Notes: generated by a model from the sequence alone, not told the origin. Numbered from the stretch's first letter, positions 9,085-17,168 are shown. The stretch is 36,534 bases of DNA from a virus (IMGVR_UViG_3300017739_000035:1-36534); one strand, 5' to 3'. A program made the numbers and translations.

Positions 9085-9263
9085 TAATGTATAGTGTTTT
9101 CGCTAACAATTAAAAAAATAGTATTTTTGTTTATTTTTTTGCCAAAAACTAACTTCATAGTTTTTACTGCTTCTTCTTCATTTCTAGCTTTAACATCTGT
9201 GCCAACTAAAATGTGTTCATCAGACATAGCTTCTATATGATAAAGTTTTTTAGCTTCCTTCAT
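9084..9263 (-). CDS. Hypothetical protein (59 aa)
   Basis: Manual translation MKEAKKLYHIEAMSDEHILVG...VSENTIH; fills the gap after the portal; TAATG-coupled downstream. Confidence 0.6.
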   Translation of the reverse strand: MKEAKKLYHIEAMSDEHILVGTDVKARNEEEAVKTMKLVFGKKINKNTIFLIVSENTIH

Positions 9264-11385
9264 TTTTAAACAATCCCTGTGCTTCTGCTTTTTGCATAGC
9301 TCTTAACTCGTCGTTATTCTGCTCTAGGATTTGTTTAACCTCGTCTAAATCAACGGCATTTTGCCCATACTTGCCGTATAGCTCTGCCATTCGTAATTTA
9401 GTGCTTACTAAGAATTTATCTCTTTCTAAGTCGTCGTTCATAACAACTTTCATACGATCAGTTTCAGCATCTACTTCAATTTTCCTAGCTTGTGCCTGTG
9501 CCTTCATAGTTTCTGCCATAGCTAATTGATCTTCTGGTTTTGGTTTTTTAGCATTAGGATCTTCTGGTGGCATAGGCGGTATTTGAGAATTTATGAACTG
9601 CGAAGTATCTTTAAATCCTGCCATTTCTATAACTTTTGTAATGGTATTTGCGTATTGTTGTAGAGAAACCATAGGATTTCTTGGTCCTAAAGTCTGTATT
9701 ATTTGCTCTTGTTTTTGCAATAATCTAGTCAAAGTAGCTAATTGTTCTTCGTCGCTAGACTTACTGATAGCTACATTACATACCATATCTTTATCGGTGT
9801 CCCAATATCTAGGATCTATTTCAACAAATTGATTATTTAGTCTAATGATTTCTGCTTTATCTTGATTTTTTATAGACAGATTATTGATTAAACCAAATAA
9901 ATCCTTCATGCCCTCTGCAAAATGACGGCATATAAGCTCGATACGGCCCTGTGCGGCGGACATTGTGGCAGCGACGGCAGTTTTTGTCGAACTTTGTAAA
10001 GCGTCTGCATTAAGACCTGCACTTGCTTTAGAAACACCTGTACGATTTTCTTTTTGTTCGTCTAAATATTGTAAAAACGGGAACGCTTCTTTACCGCTAA
10101 ACGGAACAGAAAAAGGTTGTACTGCTCCTGGTTGTCGCATACGGATAGGTTGTCCTATATCATTGTTTAGAACATCATCTATATTAACTTGGCCTTCAAC
10201 TATTCCCATTCTAGGAAAAATAGAATGGCCTAAAGAGTCTAAACTATCTCTAATTATTTGCGATTTAATATCTTGTATAGGTTTTAAGTAATCTGCCGGG
10301 CAAGATCCTATTGCTGTGTGCGGTTCTGGATCTGGACAAAACATTACGATTGGCAAGTCGTCCCATGCTTCACAATTTACTATTTCTAGGCCGTCCCCGA
10401 TTGTACAAACCTTGAGTAATTCGTTAATGCCGTCTTGATCTTTGTCGTATCTGACATAATGTTCAATATATAAAATTTGCTGTCCGGTTACATCTGTTCT
10501 GTCTGGATCATTTATTTCATGTAATGGATTTCTAGCTTTTCTTTCGTCTTCGTTAGAAGCGTCGTTGCCGTAATTTGCGTACTCCTCTACTTCTTCTTTG
10601 TCATATCCCATAGCAACTAGATCCGAAACGCTAACAATCATTCTATGTGCAACATAAGGCGAGTCATGTAAAGACCTGGAGTTTCTGGATATTAAAATTT
10701 CTTCTGGCGGTACTGCTTCAATACAAACTTTGTCGTAAGATTTTACTTTTCTAACTTTTAGATTGTAAGCAACTACTACTTCTTCTGAGTCTTTTTTGCC
10801 GTCTTCATTAACTATTGTCCTGCTTTCCATAATTGGATTTTCTTCTAGGACCTCTATATCTTCGTCTGTCATTATTGCAATATATTGCTCAACAGATAAA
10901 TTTTTGTATTCGTGTGTAGTCGTATCTATGCTTGAGTCGTAAAATGCTTTTACAAAACCTGCTTTTCTAATCAATGCGTCTTTAAATACAGAATATAAAA
11001 TATTAAATCCTGGATTTTTTTGATTAAAAATATAATTTACATAGTCTGTTTGTTGTTGTGCCGCAGGTATATCTTCCTGGTTTTTAGGTACAAATTCGAC
11101 AACTTTGCTTGTGCCGAAAAATGTACGCATTAATGAAGGCATTATGTGTAAGACAGCATCTCTAACATCTGTAGAAACATACTCAGACTGAATATCGCTT
11201 CCGCCTTCCGGAGAATTGCCTAGATAGTATTCGGTGGACTCAGCTCTCTCGTCGCCGAGCTGATCTATAAAATCTTTAGCGTCGTCTAATTCTGATTTTA
11301 AAACGCTTTGTAATTCTTCTTCATCAAATTCGTCTTCTACAACTTCTGTAGAAACGCTTACAGATGTTTCTTTTTTATATTCCAT
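9250..11385 (-). CDS. Portal protein (P22-like)
   Basis: 711 aa directly after terL; YVSTDVRDAV, FKDALIRKAGFVK, VPPEE motifs; C-terminal coiled barrel. Confidence 0.9.
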   Translation of the reverse strand: MEYKKETSVSVSTEVVEDEFDEEELQSVLKSELDDAKDFIDQLGDERAESTEYYLGNSPEGGSDIQSEYVSTDVRDAVLHIMPSLMRTFFGTSKVVEFVPKNQEDIPAAQQQTDYVNYIFNQKNPGFNILYSVFKDALIRKAGFVKAFYDSSIDTTTHEYKNLSVEQYIAIMTDEDIEVLEENPIMESRTIVNEDGKKDSEEVVVAYNLKVRKVKSYDKVCIEAVPPEEILISRNSRSLHDSPYVAHRMIVSVSDLVAMGYDKEEVEEYANYGNDASNEDERKARNPLHEINDPDRTDVTGQQILYIEHYVRYDKDQDGINELLKVCTIGDGLEIVNCEAWDDLPIVMFCPDPEPHTAIGSCPADYLKPIQDIKSQIIRDSLDSLGHSIFPRMGIVEGQVNIDDVLNNDIGQPIRMRQPGAVQPFSVPFSGKEAFPFLQYLDEQKENRTGVSKASAGLNADALQSSTKTAVAATMSAAQGRIELICRHFAEGMKDLFGLINNLSIKNQDKAEIIRLNNQFVEIDPRYWDTDKDMVCNVAISKSSDEEQLATLTRLLQKQEQIIQTLGPRNPMVSLQQYANTITKVIEMAGFKDTSQFINSQIPPMPPEDPNAKKPKPEDQLAMAETMKAQAQARKIEVDAETDRMKVVMNDDLERDKFLVSTKLRMAELYGKYGQNAVDLDEVKQILEQNNDELRAMQKAEAQGLFKNEGS

Positions 11386-11389
11386 ACAA

Positions 11390-12922
11390 TTATCCTACTC
11401 TATAGATTTTGGATTTTATTGGTCGTTTAAAATTATACCCCATAAATGAGCTTCCGCCACCAAGAACGGCAGAAGTAGAAGCAAAAGTTAAAGCTAATGC
11501 GTCTGCTTTGTCTGGAGATTTGATACCTCTCTTTTTCATTTCTTCTTTGCTTTCTAATTTTATTTTTCCGGTAGATGTATATTTATATATTGGCGACACT
11601 AATTGTTGTACTAATTCTTCATCACTAGGCATAAAAACATCTCTACCAGATAGCCATTCTTTAATTTTAAACCATAGTTCAGCTCGGAGATTTAAGTAAT
11701 TCTTTTTACTAGAAGGGGACTCTCCTACATTAACACCGATAACCGGCAAGTTTAGTTCAGATAATCTATCTACTACGCCAGATCCCACACCGATTACATC
11801 TATTAATATTTCGCTTGGTTTTTCTAATGTAGTGCAATCATCATATTCATTTTTAATAGCTCCACATAACGCCATTAGATCCATAGAATTATATGTTTTC
11901 ATCTCTAATACAGAGTTTCCTTGTCTTTTGCATAGTGCAGAATTGTCGCCACCAAACCTGGCTACATCAATTCCCCAAACTATCGGCTCAGAAGCAGTTA
12001 AATCTACTTCTCGCATAACAGCAGAACGACATAATTCCATAGGTATAACTGTGTCATTGTCATAACTAGGAAACTCGCCTAATACTTCTACTCTAGCAAC
12101 AGTAGAGTCTTCTCCATATTGCTCTAACATACTTTGAAATAGCTTTTGATCTGTGCCTTCTACAGTTCTTGAGTCTATTTGTTCATTTTTCCAAAAAGAT
12201 CTTTTGCCGTGAAAGCTATCAAAAAACGGCCCACTATTCCTTCTAGGGTTTGAAAATGTGAACCAATACCTGTCTTTTGTCGGCTCAGAGAAAAATCCCT
12301 CAGAAACGCTGTAAATCGGTCCTGGAATACCTGACGCTTCGTCCATAATTAAACAAACTCCATAACTAGAATGAATACCAGCAAATGCGTCTGGATTTTC
12401 TTCTGACCATAATTGAGCTTGTGCGTAATAATAGCCGGTGTCTATTTTTAAATCTTTCTGTAGTGCTTCTTCAAACCACTTTGCAGGTTTTATTGTTGTT
12501 GCTGTTTTTTCCCACCAATGATTATTTACAGAAAGAGTTAGCCACTTTCCTAGTTCGGCCCATGTTCTTGATCTTAATTGTTGCTCGGTGTTTGCAGTTA
12601 CAATTATGGTAGATCCTAGTCTAGTAGATAAAAACCATAGTATTAACCAAGACACTAAAGCAGACTTGCCAATACCACGACCACTAGCAACTGCTAGTCT
12701 ATACATTTCCGGAAAATCTACTGTTTCATTTCTAGCTATATGATTTGCAATATCTTTTAAAACTTTTTCTTGCCACTTTCTAGGACCTTTAAAATGCTCA
12801 AGAGGGGTATCTTCTTGCTCCCAAGAAAAACAATATTTAACAAAATTGTATGGATTGTCTTTGATGTTTAAAGACCAAAGATCTGACATTAATTGTTTTT
12901 CTTCTTCTGGCTTGTATTTCAT
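11390..12922 (-). CDS. terL: Terminase large subunit
   Basis: Walker A ASGRGIGKS, Walker B LIMDEASG, SNP coupling motif, nuclease GIDVARFGGD and SPDKADA. Confidence 0.95.
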   Translation of the reverse strand: MKYKPEEEKQLMSDLWSLNIKDNPYNFVKYCFSWEQEDTPLEHFKGPRKWQEKVLKDIANHIARNETVDFPEMYRLAVASGRGIGKSALVSWLILWFLSTRLGSTIIVTANTEQQLRSRTWAELGKWLTLSVNNHWWEKTATTIKPAKWFEEALQKDLKIDTGYYYAQAQLWSEENPDAFAGIHSSYGVCLIMDEASGIPGPIYSVSEGFFSEPTKDRYWFTFSNPRRNSGPFFDSFHGKRSFWKNEQIDSRTVEGTDQKLFQSMLEQYGEDSTVARVEVLGEFPSYDNDTVIPMELCRSAVMREVDLTASEPIVWGIDVARFGGDNSALCKRQGNSVLEMKTYNSMDLMALCGAIKNEYDDCTTLEKPSEILIDVIGVGSGVVDRLSELNLPVIGVNVGESPSSKKNYLNLRAELWFKIKEWLSGRDVFMPSDEELVQQLVSPIYKYTSTGKIKLESKEEMKKRGIKSPDKADALALTFASTSAVLGGGSSFMGYNFKRPIKSKIYRVG

Positions 12923-12931
12923 TACTTAGTC

Positions 12932-13017
12932 GGCAGGAGTAAAAGTGAGGAGAATATATAGTGCGTGATACTCCTGCCTATGATATTTGCAAGTGTCAAG
13001 GAGAGAACAAATATCAT
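12932..13017 (-). other. Two tandem 10-bp hairpins with CU-rich loops (structured leader or sRNA), spanned by a 31-codon ORF 12922-13017
   Basis: GGCAGGAGTA 12932-41 pairs with TACTCCTGCC 12969-78; ATGATATTTG 12980-89 pairs with CAAATATCAT 13008-17. Confidence 0.6.
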
Positions 13018-13122
13018 TTTAAAAAAAATTAAAAAAATTTATCTGAACAGTATATCGTACATACACCCCCGATTTGCAAAAAAGGGGGGATATGGCCCGT
13101 TCTTTTTGTTTTTGCTTTTTGT

Positions 13123-13749
13123 TCATTCGTTATGATCTCGGGCCGGATCAGATCCGCTTATGATCTCTTTATGATCTCGGGCCGGATCTGCCTTTTTATT
13201 TTGTGGCCCGTTATGATCCGGGATCTTGCTTGTACCTGGTAAAGCTCTATTCTTTTTAGGGAGTCCGCCTGGTTGTTTAGATCCTTGATCTTTGGCCCTT
13301 GTACCTGGTAAAGCTTTATTCGGGATCGTAACGGGATCTATACCTGGTAAAGCGTCGCTTCCGGGAAGATCAATAATTCTGGCCCGTGCATCTTTTAGAA
13401 CAGATCCTAAGTTGAGATCTACATTTAAAGAAAGATCCTTTTCCGCCCATTGTCCTTGCTCCCCCCGATTAGATAAGAAGAATTTAACGGCGTGTATATT
13501 CGGATCTTCTTTAGTCGCAGATCTAAACAAGCTATTTGCTACGGCACTAAGAGCTTTACTGCGTCCCGCTTCCATTCTACTTGCAAAACTAGCAGATCTG
13601 ATTTTATTCCTGTGAAGCGTATGCCATGAAACGCCCAAGTTATCAGCAATCTGCTTCTCGCTTAATCCCAAACCTGCTAGTCGTTCAACTTCATCAAGAT
13701 CTATATTTAATCTTTTACGGCCACCTTTATTGATCTTTTGATCTTTCAT
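13123..13749 (-). CDS. terS: Terminase small subunit with repetitive C-terminal extension
   Basis: HTH (VERLAGLGLSEKQIADNLGVSWHTL), VANSLF..A, AVKFFLSNR; upstream of terL. Confidence 0.8.
   Translation of the reverse strand: MKDQKINKGGRKRLNIDLDEVERLAGLGLSEKQIADNLGVSWHTLHRNKIRSASFASRMEAGRSKALSAVANSLFRSATKEDPNIHAVKFFLSNRGEQGQWAEKDLSLNVDLNLGSVLKDARARIIDLPGSDALPGIDPVTIPNKALPGTRAKDQGSKQPGGLPKKNRALPGTSKIPDHNGPQNKKADPARDHKEIISGSDPARDHNE
13130..13353. repeat. Direct repeats within the terS 3' end
   Basis: TTATGATCTCGGGCCGGATC at 13130 and 13169; TACCTGGTAAAGC at 13233, 13302 and 13341; extra TTATGATC at 13158 and 13211. Confidence 0.9.
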
Positions 13750-13795
13750 GGCCCTATTTTAATCTATTATTCTTTTTTATATGTCTTCATTTGTC

Positions 13796-13824
13796 TTGCT
13801 ATGTCCTTTTATATTCTTTAAAAT
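13796..13824 (+). promoter_or_regulatory. Sigma70-type promoter of the plus-strand (probably early) operon
   Basis: TTGCTA 13796-801, 17-nt spacer, TAAAAT 13819-24; ACGGAG SD and ATG 13850 downstream. Confidence 0.65.
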
Positions 13825-13849
13825 GGGTTTTTTTAACGGAGAATTAGAA

Positions 13850-14056
13850 ATGCAACAAACAAAAATAAAGCAGATCAAAGATGAAATCTTGGATCTATTA
13901 AGTAAGGCGGAGATCATAAAGGCCGTTTATGAGATCCACAAAGAAAAGGAAGATCTTGACAAGTGCATCAAGTACCGGGAAGGCCTTGAAAATATCTCAG
14001 AAAAACTTTGGGATCTTCATGAACAATACGAACAATTAAAGAAGGCCCAACAATGA
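13850..14056 (+). CDS. Hypothetical coiled-coil protein (68 aa)
   Basis: Start MQQTKIK with GGAG SD; shorter than the track ORF. Confidence 0.65.
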   Translation: MQQTKIKQIKDEILDLLSKAEIIKAVYEIHKEKEDLDKCIKYREGLENISEKLWDLHEQYEQLKKAQQ

Positions 14057-14172
14057 ACACTTTTAGACATAGACAGAAAAAACAAATAATGGCGGAGCTG
14101 TATTTTTATAGATATATGATGTTCGCTATCTTAGGTTTTTGTATTGGTTATTTTGTAGGTGGCCTAATATGA
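14053..14172 (+). CDS. Small single-TM membrane peptide (39 aa)
   Basis: MNTFRHRQKKQIMAELYFYRYMMFAILGFCIGYFVGGLI; ATGA overlaps at both ends. Confidence 0.6.
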   Translation: MNTFRHRQKKQIMAELYFYRYMMFAILGFCIGYFVGGLI

Positions 14173-14816
14173 GTAAAATTTTAATTGGTTGCGAAACTTC
14201 CGGGATCGTTAGAAATGCTTTTCTCGATCTGGGCCATGACGCATGGAGTTGTGATCTTCTGCCTAGTGATGATCTTACAAACAGACATATTCAAGATGAC
14301 ATTAGAAATGTTCTTGAATATGAATGTTGGGATCTGTTAATGGTGGCACACCCGCCATGTACCCGTCTTTGCAATTCTGGAGTTCGTTGGCTAGACAATC
14401 CACCGCCGAATAAAACAGTTGAGCAAATGTACCAAGAGCTTGAAGAAGGAACTTCTTTATTTTCGGATCTTTGGAACTGTGAAGTTCCACACCTGGCAAT
14501 TGAAAATCCAATAATGCACAAACACGCAAAAGAAAGGATTCGCAATTTTGAGAAACAATCTCAAACAATCCAACCTTATGAATTTGCAGATCATATAAAC
14601 GCTGAAGACAATGTTTCTAAAAGGACTTGCCTTTGGTTGAAGAACTTGCCCTTATTAAGAAAGACGGGATCTTTGACTAAAGAAACCGCAAGACACGATA
14701 TTCATAATTGCCCACCTAGTAAAGATCGTTGGAAGATCAGAAGCAAATTTCATGTAGGAATTGCGAAAGCTATGGCGGATCAATGGACCGAATTTTTAAA
14801 CCAAACGGAGAAATAA
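14169..14816 (+). CDS. DNA (cytosine-5) methyltransferase, short phage type
   Basis: ILIGCETSG (motif I-like), WSCD, DDI, catalytic HPPC (motif IV), IENP (motif VI), KRTCLW, GIAKAMADQW; start at MSKIL by ATGA coupling. Confidence 0.8.
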   Translation: MSKILIGCETSGIVRNAFLDLGHDAWSCDLLPSDDLTNRHIQDDIRNVLEYECWDLLMVAHPPCTRLCNSGVRWLDNPPPNKTVEQMYQELEEGTSLFSDLWNCEVPHLAIENPIMHKHAKERIRNFEKQSQTIQPYEFADHINAEDNVSKRTCLWLKNLPLLRKTGSLTKETARHDIHNCPPSKDRWKIRSKFHVGIAKAMADQWTEFLNQTEK

Positions 14817-14818
14817 AA

Positions 14819-14998
14819 ATGAAATGTAATAACTGTTATGACGACGGCGTTTATATGCACAAAGGCAAATTTAAAAAATGTTCTTGTGAAATAGGCCATT
14901 CAATTAATAAATCTTATGTAGAAGATCTCAATGCGGATCTTTTCTTAAACAATCTATGGAGATCTAAAAATGTTAAATTCAGAAACCAGAACTTATAA
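14819..14998 (+). CDS. Small Cys-rich protein (possible zinc finger)
   Basis: MKCNNCYDDG...KKCSC; AACGGAG SD. Confidence 0.6.
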   Translation: MKCNNCYDDGVYMHKGKFKKCSCEIGHSINKSYVEDLNADLFLNNLWRSKNVKFRNQNL

Positions 14999-15659
14999 TT
15001 TTATAAAGTGTCCGTCTTGCGACTCAAAAAGCGAGATCTTAAAACTAGAATACAAAACTATCAATCCGGAATTTTTGCAGGATCAAGAAGCGGAGAGAGA
15101 TCCTAAGAAGATCCTAAAAAAGACGGCCCGACTTGATACGAAGGCCGTTAGACATTTTGGGCCTGCAATCCATTTCTGCAATTCTTGTGGTCAAGATCTT
15201 GGAAGGGATATTGAAAAATACAAATATCAGGGAACTTTTAAAAAAGGATCTTTAGATGATTATTATGATCTAGGATCTAATAAGATCATAAAGCATACAG
15301 AAGATTTTTTAAGACGCTGTGATCTGACCTTACATAATGAATTTTTAGAAAAAGAATATTGGTTTGAAGAAGTAGATAATTATTATCCAATGAATGAAGA
15401 CGGAGAAGAAGACGACGACGGAGAATATCCGGAAATTTATCAGGCCTTCATTGTTGATTATTGCTTTTTTAAAGATCTGCAAGAAGCAGACGAAGTGGTT
15501 TCTGATAGTGGCCATTATATCTGGTGTCGCAGTTCTTTTGGCCAAGCAATATCTCTGGATCGAGTCATACAGGGTATTGCTTATAAATTTGCAGATCCGG
15601 AGAAACTCCCGGATCTTTGGACGCTTGAAAAAGCAGAACGCCTTGAAGATCTAAAATGA
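14970..15659 (+). CDS. Hypothetical protein with two CxxC motifs and an acidic C-terminal half
   Basis: CPSC and CNSC; EIYQAFIV...YIWCRSSFGQAISLD; GGAG SD. Confidence 0.75.
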   Translation: MLNSETRTYNFIKCPSCDSKSEILKLEYKTINPEFLQDQEAERDPKKILKKTARLDTKAVRHFGPAIHFCNSCGQDLGRDIEKYKYQGTFKKGSLDDYYDLGSNKIIKHTEDFLRRCDLTLHNEFLEKEYWFEEVDNYYPMNEDGEEDDDGEYPEIYQAFIVDYCFFKDLQEADEVVSDSGHYIWCRSSFGQAISLDRVIQGIAYKFADPEKLPDLWTLEKAERLEDLK

Positions 15660-15844
15660 CAAATCTTAAAATAAATGATTATGTCCAGATCTCCGGAAGG
15701 GATCTATTCGGGATTTATTGCGGATCTTACAAAGGAAAGGCCCGGATCTTTTTAGATGAACCGATCATTAAAAAAGGACGGGCCAAATATATCTATTTAA
15801 CTAACTATCAAAACATAAGGAGTGCAGACAAATATGAAAACTAG
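15656..15844 (+). CDS. Hypothetical protein
   Basis: 62 aa, ATGA overlap. Confidence 0.6.
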   Translation: MTNLKINDYVQISGRDLFGIYCGSYKGKARIFLDEPIIKKGRAKYIYLTNYQNIRSADKYEN

Positions 15845-16037
15845 CGGAAAGCTATTTTTAAATAGCCATATTAAATATAAAGGTGTTTGGATCAAGTGTT
15901 TAACATTACAGGCCAATGAGAAACAGAAATTTTATTGTCCTATGTTAGATCCTTACAATGAAATTTATTTTCAACACAAGTACCAAGCCAAAAGACTAAT
16001 TAATAAACTAATGGAGAAAAACAAATGGAAAAAATAA
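15834..16037 (+). CDS. Hypothetical protein
   Basis: ATG start MKTSG after AAGGAG; start uncertain (track uses GTG 15822). Confidence 0.55.
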   Translation: MKTSGKLFLNSHIKYKGVWIKCLTLQANEKQKFYCPMLDPYNEIYFQHKYQAKRLINKLMEKNKWKK

Positions 16038-16321
16038 ACCATGATGAATGGAGTAATAAATATCGTGAAGCATCTACGGACCTTCTGGCCCGTTTTTTAG
16101 TAGATCGGTATATACCAACCACAAAAGCAAATCAGATCTCAAAAGCTATTAAAGATCTTCATACGGCCTTCTGCCAAATAGATCCGCCACGCCTGGATTA
16201 TATCGCTGATAATCTACCGGAGTTATTTTATACGGCCTGTTTATATACAGATATTCACGGAGAGCCAAACAAGGATCTTAAAAAGGTTTTATCTGAATAC
16301 CGCAGGGAGAAGATCAAATGA
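16025..16321 (+). CDS. Hypothetical protein
   Basis: 98 aa, GGAG SD. Confidence 0.65.
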   Translation: MEKINHDEWSNKYREASTDLLARFLVDRYIPTTKANQISKAIKDLHTAFCQIDPPRLDYIADNLPELFYTACLYTDIHGEPNKDLKKVLSEYRREKIK

Positions 16322-16581
16322 CAGAAGGAATTTTTGTAATGGGTGGCCTGGTTATGTTTTTTGCATTAGCCGGGTACATCTTTGACAGCTTTTGGTCAGT
16401 CAAAAAAATTACCAAAAAACAATTAGATCCTTTTGTCCATGAACTCTGGATCAATTACCAGAAAGAATATGATAAAGGCACTTGGCCTGGATCTAAAAAA
16501 AAGTACCAAACAAAAGAAGAATTTATAAACAATAACTTACCTTTCATCATCAATAAAGCGACTGAGAAAGGTTTAATTTAA
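16318..16581 (+). CDS. Hypothetical protein with N-terminal TM anchor
   Basis: GIFVMGGLVMFFALAGYIF hydrophobic segment; ATGA overlap. Confidence 0.65.
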   Translation: MTEGIFVMGGLVMFFALAGYIFDSFWSVKKITKKQLDPFVHELWINYQKEYDKGTWPGSKKKYQTKEEFINNNLPFIINKATEKGLI

Positions 16582-16594
16582 CGGAGAAAAAAAT

Positions 16595-16753
16595 ATGAAT
16601 AAATTACCTAAAACAATAGTAGCTAATCAAATAACTATCCAATGGAATGACAGTCCGAAATTAGTGGTCCTTATGCACGATATGCCGGAGTATGTCAGGC
16701 AACCATTTGATGAATGGTTAAGCGAGATAGAAGCACAGGAGAACGCAAAATGA
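16595..16753 (+). CDS. Hypothetical protein (52 aa)
   Basis: MNKLPKTIVANQITIQWNDS...EAQENAK; AACGGAG SD. Confidence 0.65.
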   Translation: MNKLPKTIVANQITIQWNDSPKLVVLMHDMPEYVRQPFDEWLSEIEAQENAK

Positions 16754-17019
16754 CTGTAAGAGATATAAAAGACGGATTGATAAATAAAGTTGTTGAAGAC
16801 TTTACCGACTATGCAATTCACACACACTATTATTTTTCTAACGGCGTAGATCTTATAGTTTGTAGGTCGCTTTATCCGTATTGCTTTTTATTTTTAAGAA
16901 CTAATAAAACTTATACTTTTTGTACGGAAGATGAATTACCCAAGTTTATTCATAAGGAGATCTCACTCCAAGCATTAAAAGAGTATGAAGCATTTATACA
17001 ATCTCAGGGAATACTATGA
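16750..17019 (+). CDS. Hypothetical protein
   Basis: Start MTVRDIK with AGGAG SD and ATGA overlap. Confidence 0.65.
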   Translation: MTVRDIKDGLINKVVEDFTDYAIHTHYYFSNGVDLIVCRSLYPYCFLFLRTNKTYTFCTEDELPKFIHKEISLQALKEYEAFIQSQGIL

Positions 17020-17168
17020 CAGATTATTTTAGAAAAATGGCCAATCTAAAAAAGGCCTTACGCAGATCCAAAAATATTGAATTTCAAAATATGTGGATCA
17101 AACAGATCAACCGACTAAAACATAAAAGGCATTTATATGAAAAAAGATGTCAGGAGAAAAGCCAATGA
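17016..17168 (+). CDS. Small basic hypothetical protein (50 aa)
   Basis: MTDYFRKMANLKKALRRSKN...; ATGA overlaps at both ends. Confidence 0.55.
   Translation: MTDYFRKMANLKKALRRSKNIEFQNMWIKQINRLKHKRHLYEKRCQEKSQ

Noticed and set aside
9084-9263. C-terminal TIH motif as a host-taxon clue
   Set aside because: A three-residue motif is too weak to support a host or function claim
674-12612. Plus-strand ORFs in the track over the structural region (e.g. 1472, 2201, 4731, 5660, 6223, 8381, 9965, 11409)
   Set aside because: Antisense shadows of well-supported minus-strand genes; Phe/Ser/Leu-rich composition mirrors Lys/Glu codons; no RBS
1-12900. Frequent AGCT in structural genes
   Set aside because: Plausibly explained by GCT alanine codons after A-ending codons; enrichment cannot be shown without a codon-aware null
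12994-12999. Perfect TTGACA on the minus strand upstream of terL
   Set aside because: No -10 element 16-18 nt downstream (reads CAGGAG)
13130-13353. Possible CRISPR mini-array
   Set aside because: Two different repeat types, irregular spacing, inside a CDS, no leader; the DUF2800 nuclease is a common phage Cas4-like protein rather than part of a cas operon
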